Notes: generated by a model not told the origin, from the letters alone. A stretch of DNA of 45,964 nucleotides from an uncultured Fidelibacterota bacterium (GCA_902624575.1 CACNXV010000004.1:1-45964); one strand, 5' to 3'. Numbered from the stretch's first letter, positions 28,509-38,784 are shown. Program-made: numbers and translations.

Positions 28509-30934
28509 TTGTCATCAATTAGTTTTACAGCTTGATCTAAAGTTACTTCATCTAGAACAAAACCTTTAAGAGAAACATTTTTTTTCCCATCAGTAACGTA
28601 TGGTCCAAATCTACCTCTTTTAATTGAAATTTCTTTTTTTGACTTAGGATGTTCTCCAAGCACTTTTGGTTCAAATTTTAATTTCCTATCTTTAATAAGC
28701 TTTAAAGCTTCTTCAAGCGAAATTGTTAAAGGGCTTTCGTCAGCTTTCATCGATGCATTGATTTTTCCGCATTTTACATATGGGCCATAGGGTCCAAAAT
28801 CAGCAAGTACGTCCTCATCTGTATCAGGATTTTTTCCTAAATTTTTTGGCATACTAAGAAGATCAATTGCAATCGCTTCAGTTAGATTTTCAACTCCAAT
28901 ACTTTTAAGGACAGATTTTCTTTTTTTGCTTTCCTCTAATTCTACATATGGACCGTATCTTCCAATTTTTAATAATATATTTTCACCATTAGTATGTTTA
29001 CCTATAATATTATCTTCTTTTTGCATGCCATCAAGCTCATCAAGCTTTCTTTTATTTAAATCTCCTAAGAAAAGATCTTCCGGTATGGTAGTATTTTTAC
29101 CTTCTTTTTCAACATATGGCCCAAACTTTCCAATTTTAATATCTAAATTATTTTCAATATTTATAGTACATGCTTTGGCAATATCTATTTCTTCATCAAG
29201 CAATTTAAGTACGCCTTTATAATCATCTTTACCGTAATAAAACTCTTTTAAAACATCTAAGTAGGAATTTTCTGAGCGCGATATTGCGTCTAATCTATCT
29301 TCCATATCAGCTGTAAAACGTTCATTAAAAAGAGCTCTATAGTGATTTTCAAGCAACTGTGTTACTGCAATTCCAACAAATGTAGGAATTAAAATTTTAT
29401 TATTTTTTACTACATATTCTTTTTGGGAAAGCTTCTCAATAATTGCAGAGTATGTCGAAGGTCTTCCTATACCTCTAACTTCCATTTCTTTTACAAGCAT
29501 AGCTTCTGAAAATCTTCTTGGTGGTGTGGTTGTTTTTTGATCAGAGATAATTTCTTTACAAGATACTTTTGAATTTTTTTCTAAAGGCGGTAAAGATTCA
29601 ATTTTATTTTTATCTTTTCTTGTAAGGGCTTGCTCATAGGCCGCCGTATAACCTTTAAAAACTGTTACATTACCACTGCTTCTAAAAATACATTTACCAT
29701 TTGAAATTTTAATATTAGTTCTTATGTACTTTGCAGGATTCATTTGAGATGCAATAGTTCTATTTAAAATTAATTCATAAAGTTTTGCTTCATCATTTCC
29801 AACTTTTTTTACCTCTTCTACAGTATTAAAATTACTACCTGCTGGCCTAATAGCTTCATGAGCTTCCTGTGCATTTGCTACTTTACTCTTGTAAAAATTT
29901 GTTTTTTCCGAAAGATATTTTTCACCAAAATTTTTGTTTATATAATTTTTAGTCGCATTGAGGGCTTCAGAAGAAAGGTTGGTAGAATCTGTTCTCATGT
30001 ATGTAATAAGTCCTCTTTCATATAATTTTTGTGCTACCACCATGGTTCTTTTCGGAGAAAAGTTAAATCTTCTTGAAGCATCTTGTTGTAAGGTGCTTGT
30101 GGTAAAAGGAGGAGCAGGTGAACTAGAGGTTGGTTTGCTTTCAATATCTAATATTGACCAACTATTAGCTTTACATTCTTCAACTAATTTCTTTGATAAT
30201 TTTTCATCAATTTGAATGATGTTGTCTTTTTTAAGTCCTAATTCGAACTTTCCAAAATCATCACTTTTAGCAACTGGTTTACTGTCGTATGATATAAGTT
30301 GTGCTTTAAAATTTTCAGTAGTTTTATCATCAATTAATGTTGCTTCTAGTGCGTAAAACTTATTTTCTATAAACTTATTTCTTTCTTTTTCTCTATCAAC
30401 AAGTAATTTTAGGGCTACAGATTGAACCCTTCCGGCAGATAAGCCTTTATTTTTTAATGATCTAAGTGTTTTCCATAATACTGGAGAAAATGTAAACCCA
30501 ACAATTCTATCAATCGCTCTTCTTGCTCTTTGAGCATCAACTAAATCATAATTAATTTTACGTGCGTTATCTATTGCATGTAACACAGCTTTTTTGGTTA
30601 TTTCTGTAAACTCAACTCTTTCAATATCACCTTTTATTTCAGATGCAATATCCGCTGCAATTGCCTCGCCTTCTCTATCTGGATCAGTAGCTATTAAGAT
30701 TCTGTCAGCAATTTTTACTTCTTTTTTTAACTGAGTAATAAATTTCTTTTTATCTGCCATTCCTTCAATCTTCATTGCAAAGTCATTATCAATATCAATA
30801 CCCATTTCTTTTTTTGGTAAATCTTTGAAATGGCCAATGCTTGCAATGACAGATGCATTCTCAACATATTTTGAGATTGTCTTTGTCTTTGAAGGGGACT
30901 CAACAATAATTAGTAGCTTTTCTTGTTCTGTCAT
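28505..30934 (-). CDS. topA: DNA topoisomerase I (type IA) with C-terminal Topo_C repeats instead of zinc ribbons
   Basis: Motifs: LIIVESPSK, ATDPDREGEAI, SAGRVQS, catalytic ITYMRTDS, AQEAHEAIRP, GIGRPSTY, and four G.[FY]GPYV repeats. Confidence 0.98.
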   Translation of the reverse strand: MTEQEKLLIIVESPSKTKTISKYVENASVIASIGHFKDLPKKEMGIDIDNDFAMKIEGMADKKKFITQLKKEVKIADRILIATDPDREGEAIAADIASEIKGDIERVEFTEITKKAVLHAIDNARKINYDLVDAQRARRAIDRIVGFTFSPVLWKTLRSLKNKGLSAGRVQSVALKLLVDREKERNKFIENKFYALEATLIDDKTTENFKAQLISYDSKPVAKSDDFGKFELGLKKDNIIQIDEKLSKKLVEECKANSWSILDIESKPTSSSPAPPFTTSTLQQDASRRFNFSPKRTMVVAQKLYERGLITYMRTDSTNLSSEALNATKNYINKNFGEKYLSEKTNFYKSKVANAQEAHEAIRPAGSNFNTVEEVKKVGNDEAKLYELILNRTIASQMNPAKYIRTNIKISNGKCIFRSSGNVTVFKGYTAAYEQALTRKDKNKIESLPPLEKNSKVSCKEIISDQKTTTPPRRFSEAMLVKEMEVRGIGRPSTYSAIIEKLSQKEYVVKNNKILIPTFVGIAVTQLLENHYRALFNERFTADMEDRLDAISRSENSYLDVLKEFYYGKDDYKGVLKLLDEEIDIAKACTINIENNLDIKIGKFGPYVEKEGKNTTIPEDLFLGDLNKRKLDELDGMQKEDNIIGKHTNGENILLKIGRYGPYVELEESKKRKSVLKSIGVENLTEAIAIDLLSMPKNLGKNPDTDEDVLADFGPYGPYVKCGKINASMKADESPLTISLEEALKLIKDRKLKFEPKVLGEHPKSKKEISIKRGRFGPYVTDGKKNVSLKGFVLDEVTLDQAVKLIDDK

Positions 30935-30945
30935 ATTTGGATGGC

Positions 30946-30975
30946 AACTTACATAGATTGATAAGTAATTGTCAA
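30946..30975 (-). promoter_or_regulatory. Putative promoter TTGACA-N18-TAAGTT, 11 nt before the topA ATG
   Basis: Consensus -35 at 30975-30970, -10 at 30951-30946; no SD before the start codon. Confidence 0.65.
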
Positions 30976-31019
30976 AAATTTATATTTTTTTATTAAAATA
31001 TAAATTATTGTTTCTTGAA

Positions 31020-32240
31020 CTAAATGATTTTTTGTAGATCTTGGTAGGTTTTTATTTCAAACTCTTTTTTGTTGCTAAGATTTTTTAAAATAATCTTGTC
31101 ACTAAATCTAATGAAATAATTAGCATTTAACTTCAGAGCAGTCTTTAATTGATTTTTTTCATTTTTTAAAGAAGTATCAATTTTGATATTATAATTATCA
31201 TCAACTAACTTGTTGGAGAAGCTTAATGCTGCCATCGAATGTTCATCTTCAAATCCAATAAAAAAATCAATTCGAAGCTGGTCATTTTTAAGTGAAGATT
31301 CTATAATAAGTCTTTCAATGCCAGCCGCAAATCCAACAGCAGGTGTTGAAGGCCCTCCCATACTTTCAACAAGAAAATCATATCGTCCACCTCCTAAAAG
31401 TGCGTTCTGTGATTTACCCGATGAGTTTACAACCTCAAAAATAGTATCATTATAATAATCTAGACCGCGAACAAGATGATTATTTTTAATATATTTTATA
31501 TTTAACGCATCCAAGTGCTTTAAAATTGAAGCAAATTCTTCTTTACTTTTCAAAGATAAAAAATCATTAATTAATGGTGCATTCTTAATAAGATCTATAT
31601 CTTCTGATTCTTTGCTATCTAAAATCCTAATTGGATTTTTATCTAAACGATTTTTAGAAACAGGCGATAGTTTTTTAATATTATCTTTGAAATATGATGA
31701 AAGAGTGAATTCAAATTTTTGTCTAGACTCTGGGTCGCCTATATTATTAATATGTAGAATCGTATCTCTAATATCTAGTTTACATAAAATTTTATTTGCT
31801 AGAAGTATTATTTCAACATCTTGCTCAATTGATGATGACCCAAAAGCTTCAACACCAAACTGATGAAATTGCCTTTGTCTACCTTTTTGAGGTTTTTCTC
31901 TTCTAAAAAAAGCATCAATATAAAATAATTTACAAAGCGGTTTACTTCTAAATAGACCACTTTCAATAAAAGCTCGTACCACTGGCGCTGTCATTTCTGG
32001 CTTTAAAACAATGTGGTTATTTGTTTGATCTTCCCATGAAAACATTTCTTTTGAAACGTCTGTCTCATATCCAAGATTTTGTTTGAAGAGATTTAAATCC
32101 TCAATTGTAGGGGTATAAACTTTTTCAAATCCAAACTTTATACTTAAGTCTGATAAGATATCAATGACTTTGTCCCAAGAGAAGCTTTCGGGAGGTAAGA
32201 TATCATAAGTTCCTTTAATTTTTTGAAATTTTGATTTCAT
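31020..32240 (-). CDS. hisS: Histidine--tRNA ligase
   Basis: Motifs: KGTYD, KEMF, LKPEMTA, FRREKPQKGR.RQFHQ.G.E, NP.RILDSK, LVRGLDYY, GGGRYD, GFAAGIERL. Confidence 0.98.
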   Translation of the reverse strand: MKSKFQKIKGTYDILPPESFSWDKVIDILSDLSIKFGFEKVYTPTIEDLNLFKQNLGYETDVSKEMFSWEDQTNNHIVLKPEMTAPVVRAFIESGLFRSKPLCKLFYIDAFFRREKPQKGRQRQFHQFGVEAFGSSSIEQDVEIILLANKILCKLDIRDTILHINNIGDPESRQKFEFTLSSYFKDNIKKLSPVSKNRLDKNPIRILDSKESEDIDLIKNAPLINDFLSLKSKEEFASILKHLDALNIKYIKNNHLVRGLDYYNDTIFEVVNSSGKSQNALLGGGRYDFLVESMGGPSTPAVGFAAGIERLIIESSLKNDQLRIDFFIGFEDEHSMAALSFSNKLVDDNYNIKIDTSLKNEKNQLKTALKLNANYFIRFSDKIILKNLSNKKEFEIKTYQDLQKII

Positions 32241-32275
32241 AAAACAACATTAATAATTTTTTTAAGTAATAACAC

Positions 32276-35200
32276 CTAAAAACTTGAGCGAGTAGTATAG
32301 ATACCAGTTTTTTGTTCAATCTTAAGATCTCTTAAAATATCTGACTTAAGGTTCAGTCTGAAATATAAACCTTTGGCATAACCGTTTGGAGTCCAATCTA
32401 CAAAAAATTCCCAACAATCTATTTCACGATAAAGAGTTAAATTGTGACGTACAATATCTTTTTCTAAAACATTAAATCGTGCATTATAGTTAAGCTTCCA
32501 ATTATTTGTGACATTAATACTTGTATTTGTATTGAGCCAAAAATTTTCAATTTTGTTTTGTGGATTTATTTTATTTAAGGTATAACTAACCCCAACTCTT
32601 GTTGTCCAGTTGTTTGATGAAAGTTGGTTAATAAATTCTTTTGTATTTTCTGAATAATCTTGCTTTTCAGAATCATATTCTTTTTCTTTTCCTCTTAGAA
32701 CAAAGTTTGTTGAAAATCTAATTCCAGTTAATCGAGGAAATGAATTAAGTTCATCCTCTCTTTTATTTTCTATTTCATTATATTTGTAAAAATCATGAGT
32801 AAGATTTATGTCAATATTACTCCCATTTTTTAGTCTACTTCTTATCGAAGTATTTAAATTTGATAACTTAAATTCCTCTTTATTTATATCGTAACCCGTA
32901 TTCATTTTTAATGAAAAAAGATTAATTTTTTCTTCCTTTTCATCAACTAAACTTTTGGCCTGAAAAACATTTCCTAATGATAGATTAATTTTCCTACTAC
33001 TTGATCTGGAGGTTCCGCCAATTAAAGAACCTGAAAAGTAATCATAATATTCATCATTAAATTCCTGAAAGTAATTATCATTATTTAAATAGTTAGGTGA
33101 GTAAATTAATCCAATAGAAGGTGTTAAAACATGCCTCACTGATTGTATTTTTCCAAAATTGATTGGAAGAATACCATAAATTTTTGTGTTCATTGATAGT
33201 GAGATATTTCCAGTAGTCCTATTCTTGAATTTATCTACATCGTTAAATTTAATTTCACCACCTTCCCCTAAATACGCTTCTTGATATCTATTTATAAAGT
33301 CAGAGTTAAAATTAATATTTGGATTTATAGCAATATAATTGAAGATGGTAAAAGGAGCATTGATACTAAATTTATTTTTAAACATTGCATCGGTTTGATT
33401 TGATGTTACTGGATTACCATTATTATCTTGTTTCCATTGGTAGCTGATAATATCGTCATCATCTTGAATCAATTCACTTTGATAAAAATTTTTAGAGCTA
33501 TTTAGTATTCTTGAGCTATAATCCCACTGTATATTATTTAAAAATACAAATCGACTATTATCAAATAAATTTCTTCTACCAGCTCTAAAATTCACAGAAG
33601 GGAGTGTACTTGTATTGCTTGTAATTGATGAATTTATGTTTGTTGGATTTTGATAAAAGGAAGAGTTTGAGTTGACTTTGCTCTTTGACATTAAATCTTG
33701 TTTATTAGAAACATTAATACTCAATGATAGATTGCTTTTTTTCCATCTTTTCGAATATGTTGTGTTCGAAATAGCCTGCTGATTAAGTCTTTTTATAGGG
33801 TCAATACTCGTTTCTCTGTTATACTCCCCATTACTATAATAGCTCACATTTGATCTTAAAGACTGATCGTTCCGTAAAATTTGATTATGGTTCCAATTAA
33901 GAGAAAAATCACTTTTGTTATTTGCTCCTAATTTTGCTATATCTTGTTCATCGGAGTTTAAATGCTTACGCACTTCAAGGTTAAAGTTTCCATTAAACTT
34001 ATAGCGATTTTTATAGATATTTTTTGATTTTAAAATAACACCTTGCCTATCCGCAAAAATCAAAGAATTTTCAGAACCTAAGTAATCATTTGGAGCAAAA
34101 TAGTACCCTAAACCATCGATGTAATTTCCTCTATTGTCAGAAGAACCAAATGAAGGCATTATCCATCCAGATCTTCTTTCGTCAGATGAATGTGGAAAAA
34201 TTGCCATTGGAATTCCAAAAATAGGCACTCCTCCAATAACAATATTCAATGGTTTTGCTATAACTTTGTCACCATAAATAATTTTAACTTGTTTGCTGCC
34301 AAGATAAAATTTTGAGGGATCACATGATGTAAATATACAATCATCAATATAAAATGTGCTATCTGTAACACTCGTAATTTGGCTACCCATATACATATTA
34401 TTTTGAACACTAGTTGATCCGCCTATAACTTTACCAGTACGATTTTTGATATTATAAACAATAGACTTCCCAGTGATTGGTTCTCTTTTATTTTCAATCA
34501 AAATGGGTTGAAATTTTTCATCTTTGTCGAATGGATTTTCATCAAAAGCTTCTAAAATGTTATCATCCCAATTAATATTTATTTGAGAGGCAGTAAGGTC
34601 AATTCCTTCTTGGTGTATGTTGGCTTTCCCAAACATTTTTGATTGATTTGCTCTAGTATCAAATTCAACAATTTCACCCTTATAATTAATTTTTTGTTGG
34701 TTTGAAGTATTTGATTTAGATGGAATAAATTTTCCAATGACTCCACCTGAAGAGTTAAGCGTTGTTGCATTTTTATTATCAATATTTATAATAATTTTAT
34801 CACCGCTAACTTCATTTATTCCTTGATATAACGAGTCCTGATATAAATGAATAAGGCTTGAAGCCATTTCAATAAGCTCAATTTTTGAATCACTATCATT
34901 CTTCAAATCTATTCTAATAGTCTTAGCCTTTAAGATATCAATATTGTTAACTGGTATTTTGATTTCATTTTCTTTTTCAAAACCGTCATTGGAAGAAAAA
35001 ATGATTCCATTTTCTAAAACTTGAAGAGATTTTATTGATTTATTTTCAAATGATACTTCAAATAAGTCTCCAACAATTTTTTGATTTTGATCAATAATTT
35101 CACAATTATCTTTTAAAATCATTTTATTTCCATTGTTGATAATTTTCCCTGTATTTGCGGAAATAGACTGCTCAAGATCAACTATTTTTACATTACCAAT

Positions 35201-35536
35201 TAGATCAATATTTCCATTATCGGAATTATATGATAATGAGTCACAAAAAATTGTCATATCATCATCTTTTATACTAACGTTTTTTGATAACTGTACAACT
35301 CCAGAACTATTTGATTGAATTGCTTTATCGCCAAAAAGCAGCTTTGAATCTTTTTTGAAAATTATATTACCCTTGAGAACTGTAACACTTTCGTTATTAA
35401 TGTTTTTTGAGGACAATGAGTCTGCTTGTTTTAATTGGAGGGTTTCTTGCCCATTACTAAAACATAGAAAAATTAATAAAACACATACATTTTTAATCAC
35501 AGTATTACTAACGTATTTAGTTGATTTATGTTTCAT
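32276..35536 (-). CDS. lptD: LPS-assembly protein LptD (FCB type) with extended N-terminal OstA/LptA-like region
   Basis: Start 35536 preferred. beta-jellyroll repeats (LKGNIIF, IFCDSLSY, LIGNV). LptD motifs FTSCD, P....G.P...P..FP, RSGWIMP..G, GYYF, R.IDCWEF...W.P, then a beta-barrel. Confidence 0.85.
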   Translation of the reverse strand: MKHKSTKYVSNTVIKNVCVLLIFLCFSNGQETLQLKQADSLSSKNINNESVTVLKGNIIFKKDSKLLFGDKAIQSNSSGVVQLSKNVSIKDDDMTIFCDSLSYNSDNGNIDLIGNVKIVDLEQSISANTGKIINNGNKMILKDNCEIIDQNQKIVGDLFEVSFENKSIKSLQVLENGIIFSSNDGFEKENEIKIPVNNIDILKAKTIRIDLKNDSDSKIELIEMASSLIHLYQDSLYQGINEVSGDKIIINIDNKNATTLNSSGGVIGKFIPSKSNTSNQQKINYKGEIVEFDTRANQSKMFGKANIHQEGIDLTASQININWDDNILEAFDENPFDKDEKFQPILIENKREPITGKSIVYNIKNRTGKVIGGSTSVQNNMYMGSQITSVTDSTFYIDDCIFTSCDPSKFYLGSKQVKIIYGDKVIAKPLNIVIGGVPIFGIPMAIFPHSSDERRSGWIMPSFGSSDNRGNYIDGLGYYFAPNDYLGSENSLIFADRQGVILKSKNIYKNRYKFNGNFNLEVRKHLNSDEQDIAKLGANNKSDFSLNWNHNQILRNDQSLRSNVSYYSNGEYNRETSIDPIKRLNQQAISNTTYSKRWKKSNLSLSINVSNKQDLMSKSKVNSNSSFYQNPTNINSSITSNTSTLPSVNFRAGRRNLFDNSRFVFLNNIQWDYSSRILNSSKNFYQSELIQDDDDIISYQWKQDNNGNPVTSNQTDAMFKNKFSINAPFTIFNYIAINPNINFNSDFINRYQEAYLGEGGEIKFNDVDKFKNRTTGNISLSMNTKIYGILPINFGKIQSVRHVLTPSIGLIYSPNYLNNDNYFQEFNDEYYDYFSGSLIGGTSRSSSRKINLSLGNVFQAKSLVDEKEEKINLFSLKMNTGYDINKEEFKLSNLNTSIRSRLKNGSNIDINLTHDFYKYNEIENKREDELNSFPRLTGIRFSTNFVLRGKEKEYDSEKQDYSENTKEFINQLSSNNWTTRVGVSYTLNKINPQNKIENFWLNTNTSINVTNNWKLNYNARFNVLEKDIVRHNLTLYREIDCWEFFVDWTPNGYAKGLYFRLNLKSDILRDLKIEQKTGIYTTRSSF

Positions 35537-35538
35537 CT

Positions 35539-35567
35539 TTGTAAAGTAGAAATGTAATGTATAAATT
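35539..35567 (+). promoter_or_regulatory. Putative promoter TTGTAA-N17-TAAATT, 6 nt before ATG 35574 (leaderless geometry)
   Basis: Hexamers at 35539-35544 and 35562-35567; no SD. Confidence 0.45.
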
Positions 35568-35573
35568 GATATA

Positions 35574-35885
35574 ATGTTAGAAAATCTATTAAATAGCATT
35601 TTGGATAACCCAGCTTACCTTGCTGTAACAATTGTACTTATTACAATGATAATATACAGTGTTATAAAAAAATTATTCAAAATTGTTACATTAGGCATAA
35701 CATTATTTATCATATATTGCGTTTATTTGCTTTTCACTAATCAACCATTACCAGATATGGATGAACTAAAGATACAGCTTCAAAAAGGTGAAGATAAGGT
35801 TAGCGAAGTGATTAAAGATTCTGTCATTGACCCACTTCAAGAAAAATCCGAAACAATAAAAAATAATTTGGACGCTTTAAAATAA
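35574..35885 (+). CDS. Hypothetical membrane protein (two TM helices and a charged helical tail)
   Basis: 103-aa ORF filling the gap before the SDR genes; hydrophobic-KKLFK-hydrophobic pattern. Confidence 0.75.
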   Translation: MLENLLNSILDNPAYLAVTIVLITMIIYSVIKKLFKIVTLGITLFIIYCVYLLFTNQPLPDMDELKIQLQKGEDKVSEVIKDSVIDPLQEKSETIKNNLDALK

Positions 35886-35901
35886 AAAAGGAGTTACAAA
35901 A

Positions 35902-36750
35902 ATGTTTAAAGATAATCTGCTTGAAAATAAAACAATTGTCATTACTGGTGGAGGAACAGGACTAGGAAAAAGTATGGCGAGAAGATTTGGTGAGCTTGGT
36001 GCCAATATTGTCATTAGTGGAAGAAGAAAAGAAGTGCTGGAAGAAACAGCACAAGAATTCTCAGAAAAAGGAATAAATGTATTGACGTGTCCAGGAGATG
36101 TAAGAAAAATTGAAGACGTTGAATTGATGTCAAAGCAAGCAGTAGAAAAATTTGGGACAATTAATGCACTGTTAAATAATGCAGCTGGAAATTTTATTTC
36201 ACCAACGGAAATGTTAAGTCATAATGCATTTAAAGCAGTAATAGATATTGTTTTAATGGGTACATGGAATTGTACCAGTACAATTGGAAAAGAAATGATA
36301 AAAAACAAAAGCGGAAATATACTTAGTATTGTTACAACATATGCATGGACCGGTTCACCTTTCGTTGTACCTTCAGCTGCTGCCAAAGCAGGAGTTTTAG
36401 CAATGACAAGATCGCTTGCAGTTGAGTGGGGAAGACACAATATTAGATTTAATGCAATTGCACCGGGACCATTTCCAACAAAAGGTGCATGGTCAAGATT
36501 AATGCCCCCTGGTTTTGAAGATTTTGAAGATAATATGAAAAATAAAATTCCTATGAAAAGGTTTGGTGAAAGACATGAATTGGAAAATCTTGCTTCATAT
36601 TTGATGAGTAATGAATCAGGATATATTAATGGAGAAGTTATTACAATTGACGGTGGCGAATGGATAGCAGGTGCTGGAGAATTCTCAGAACTCACTAAAA
36701 TTCCAGAATCAATGTGGAAAGCAATGGCTGAAAGAAGGAAGAAAAAGTAA
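35902..36750 (+). CDS. SDR family oxidoreductase, 2,4-dienoyl-CoA reductase-like
   Basis: SD AAGGAG. Motifs: TGGGTGLG, NNAAGNFI.P.E.LS.NAF, SAAAKAGV (no catalytic Tyr, typical of the DECR subfamily), SLAVEWG, IAPGP. Confidence 0.9.
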   Translation: MFKDNLLENKTIVITGGGTGLGKSMARRFGELGANIVISGRRKEVLEETAQEFSEKGINVLTCPGDVRKIEDVELMSKQAVEKFGTINALLNNAAGNFISPTEMLSHNAFKAVIDIVLMGTWNCTSTIGKEMIKNKSGNILSIVTTYAWTGSPFVVPSAAAKAGVLAMTRSLAVEWGRHNIRFNAIAPGPFPTKGAWSRLMPPGFEDFEDNMKNKIPMKRFGERHELENLASYLMSNESGYINGEVITIDGGEWIAGAGEFSELTKIPESMWKAMAERRKKK

Positions 36751-37503
36751 ATGTTTAATTTAGAAAATAAGACCGCAATAATTTCAGGAGGATCCAAGGG
36801 GATTGGAAAAGCTATTGCATTAAAATTAGCAGAGGCTGGAGCTAATATTGTAGTGTGTAGCAGAAAAATTGAAAATCTTGAAAACTGCCATAAGGAAGCT
36901 GTTGAAAATGGTTATGAAATCGATATAGTAGAATGCAATACCAGCGATAAAGAATCAATTAAAAAAGTGGTAGACTTCACTATTGAAAAATTTTCAAAAA
37001 TTGATATTCTAATTAATAATGCTGCAACAAATCCATATTATGGGCCCATTTTAGATTCTGAAGATTCTCATTGGGATAAAATCCTTGATGTTAATATTAA
37101 AGGGTATTTTAATTTTGCAAAAATATGCAGTGATTCAATGATAGAAAATAAAAGTGGAAAAATAATAAATGTATCATCGATTGCTGCAAAGACACCTTTA
37201 GAAGGATTAGGTGTTTATAATATTAGTAAGGCAGCAGTGGTAATGTTGACAAAAGTTCTAGCTAAAGAAATGGCCAAAGATAATATTCAAGTAAATACTC
37301 TTGCACCTGGATTGATAAAAACAGACTTTAGTAAAGCATTATGGGACAACGATGAAATTTATAATAAAATAGTTAAAACAATCCCACAAGGAAGAATGGG
37401 GGAACCAGAGGATATAGCTGGTATGGCACTTTATTTATCATCAAACGCCTCTGATTTTATTACAGGATCGCTATTTACAGTAGATGGTGGTTTAACAACC
37501 TAA
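36751..37503 (+). CDS. SDR family oxidoreductase (DHRS4-like)
   Basis: Motifs: SGGSKGIG, NNAATNP..G, VSS, YNISK, APGLIKT.FS.ALW, VDGG. Confidence 0.92.
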   Translation: MFNLENKTAIISGGSKGIGKAIALKLAEAGANIVVCSRKIENLENCHKEAVENGYEIDIVECNTSDKESIKKVVDFTIEKFSKIDILINNAATNPYYGPILDSEDSHWDKILDVNIKGYFNFAKICSDSMIENKSGKIINVSSIAAKTPLEGLGVYNISKAAVVMLTKVLAKEMAKDNIQVNTLAPGLIKTDFSKALWDNDEIYNKIVKTIPQGRMGEPEDIAGMALYLSSNASDFITGSLFTVDGGLTT

Positions 37504-38144
37504 TTTGTTAGCCAAGTATAGAAAGATTTGATATTCGGAAAAGTTTCAGATCCTGTTGCCATAAGTCTTTCCATGTTATTGTGTCCATTATAAATCAGAG
37601 CACAATCAATACCCAGGCTTTGAGATACACTAAAGTCTAACATACTGTCACCAACAATAATTGTTTCCTCTTTAGGAATCAACACATTCAAAAGTAATTC
37701 TTTTCCTTCATATTCTTTTCCAAAACCAGAAGGAGTATTACTAATACCAACTATATTATTAAGAAAAGCATCGAGGCCAAAATATTTTACCTGATCAACT
37801 AACTTTCTTTGAACTGTTGCTGAAAGAATACTTTGGGTAACCTTTTTTTCATTTAATTTTTTTATTGAAGAAAGTGCATCTGGTTGGAGAGCTAGCTTTT
37901 TAAAATTTTTTTCAAAACCAGAATGGAATTCTTCATTTGTTATTTCAAATGGTTCGTGAGCAAAATCAAAGCCTACTGACTCGTAAAATGTTTTTATTGG
38001 GAATAAAAATTTTCTTCTGTATTCATTAACAGATATTGGTTTTAGATTTCTTTTTTCTAGAGAGTTATTGAGCATTTCAACACACAGTGCTGTATCGTTC
38101 AACAAAGTTCCATTCCAATCCCAAATTATGTGCTTATATTTCAT
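37500..38144 (-). CDS. HAD family hydrolase (phosphoglycolate-phosphatase-like)
   Basis: Motif I WDWNGTL, motif II ILSA, motif IV VGDS..D, then GH. Confidence 0.9.
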   Translation of the reverse strand: MKYKHIIWDWNGTLLNDTALCVEMLNNSLEKRNLKPISVNEYRRKFLFPIKTFYESVGFDFAHEPFEITNEEFHSGFEKNFKKLALQPDALSSIKKLNEKKVTQSILSATVQRKLVDQVKYFGLDAFLNNIVGISNTPSGFGKEYEGKELLLNVLIPKEETIIVGDSMLDFSVSQSLGIDCALIYNGHNNMERLMATGSETFPNIKSFYTWLTN

Positions 38145-38784
38145 GGATTTGAAAGTAGATAAAAAAATTACATTAATAAAGGAAAGACTTAGTGATAAGT
38201 CATTTCTAGGAGGATGGAGTAGCCAAAAAAAAATGGCAGTGATTCCAATAAATTCTTTTACAGAGAAAGCGTTTATTGCTCCTGAAAATGCGAAGCAAGC
38301 GAGTGTAGCAATTATCTTATTCGAAGAAAAAAATGATCTTTATTTTTATTTGACCAAGAGAACATCTGAAGTAGAACATCATAAAGGTCAGGTATCTTTA
38401 CCGGGTGGTGCTATTGATAAAAACGAAACTCCTGTTGATGCGTCTATAAGAGAAAGCTATGAAGAAATTGGCGTTGATGGATCATACCTTGAATTGCTCG
38501 GAAAATTATCAAATTTTTATACACCAGTATCATACTTTAACATCCATCCGTTTATTTGGTATTCCAAAAGTAAGCCCAAGATAAATATTAATTTTCAAGA
38601 AGTAGAAGAAGTATACAAAGTTAGTGTTAGTGATTTAGTAAATGAAAAAAATCTTAAGACGAAAAATGTAGAAAAATCTGGTGTAAACTTTAAAGTACCA
38701 TCATTCAATTTCAATGATTGTGTTTGTTGGGGGGCAACAGCAATGATCTTATCTGAACTCAAAGATTTAATTTTAGATTTATAA
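38143..38784 (+). CDS. Nudix hydrolase, CoA pyrophosphatase family
   Basis: Motifs: LTKR...H.GQVSLPGG, Nudix box G.....E.......RE..EEIG, EVEEV, WGATAMIL. Start ATG 38143 preferred. Confidence 0.92.
   Translation: MDLKVDKKITLIKERLSDKSFLGGWSSQKKMAVIPINSFTEKAFIAPENAKQASVAIILFEEKNDLYFYLTKRTSEVEHHKGQVSLPGGAIDKNETPVDASIRESYEEIGVDGSYLELLGKLSNFYTPVSYFNIHPFIWYSKSKPKININFQEVEEVYKVSVSDLVNEKNLKTKNVEKSGVNFKVPSFNFNDCVCWGATAMILSELKDLILDL

Noticed and set aside
28505-29200. Repeated G.[FY]GPYV motifs in TopA
   Set aside because: These are known Topo_C repeats of zinc-ribbon-less TopA, not a novel repeat.
35537-35599. Longer lptD start overlapping the divergent ORF 35574
   Set aside because: ATG 35536 gives a more normal signal peptide and removes the overlap.
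36219-36797. 192-aa antisense ORF over the SDR genes
   Set aside because: Shadow ORF with no protein motifs; long antisense ORFs are common opposite SDR genes.
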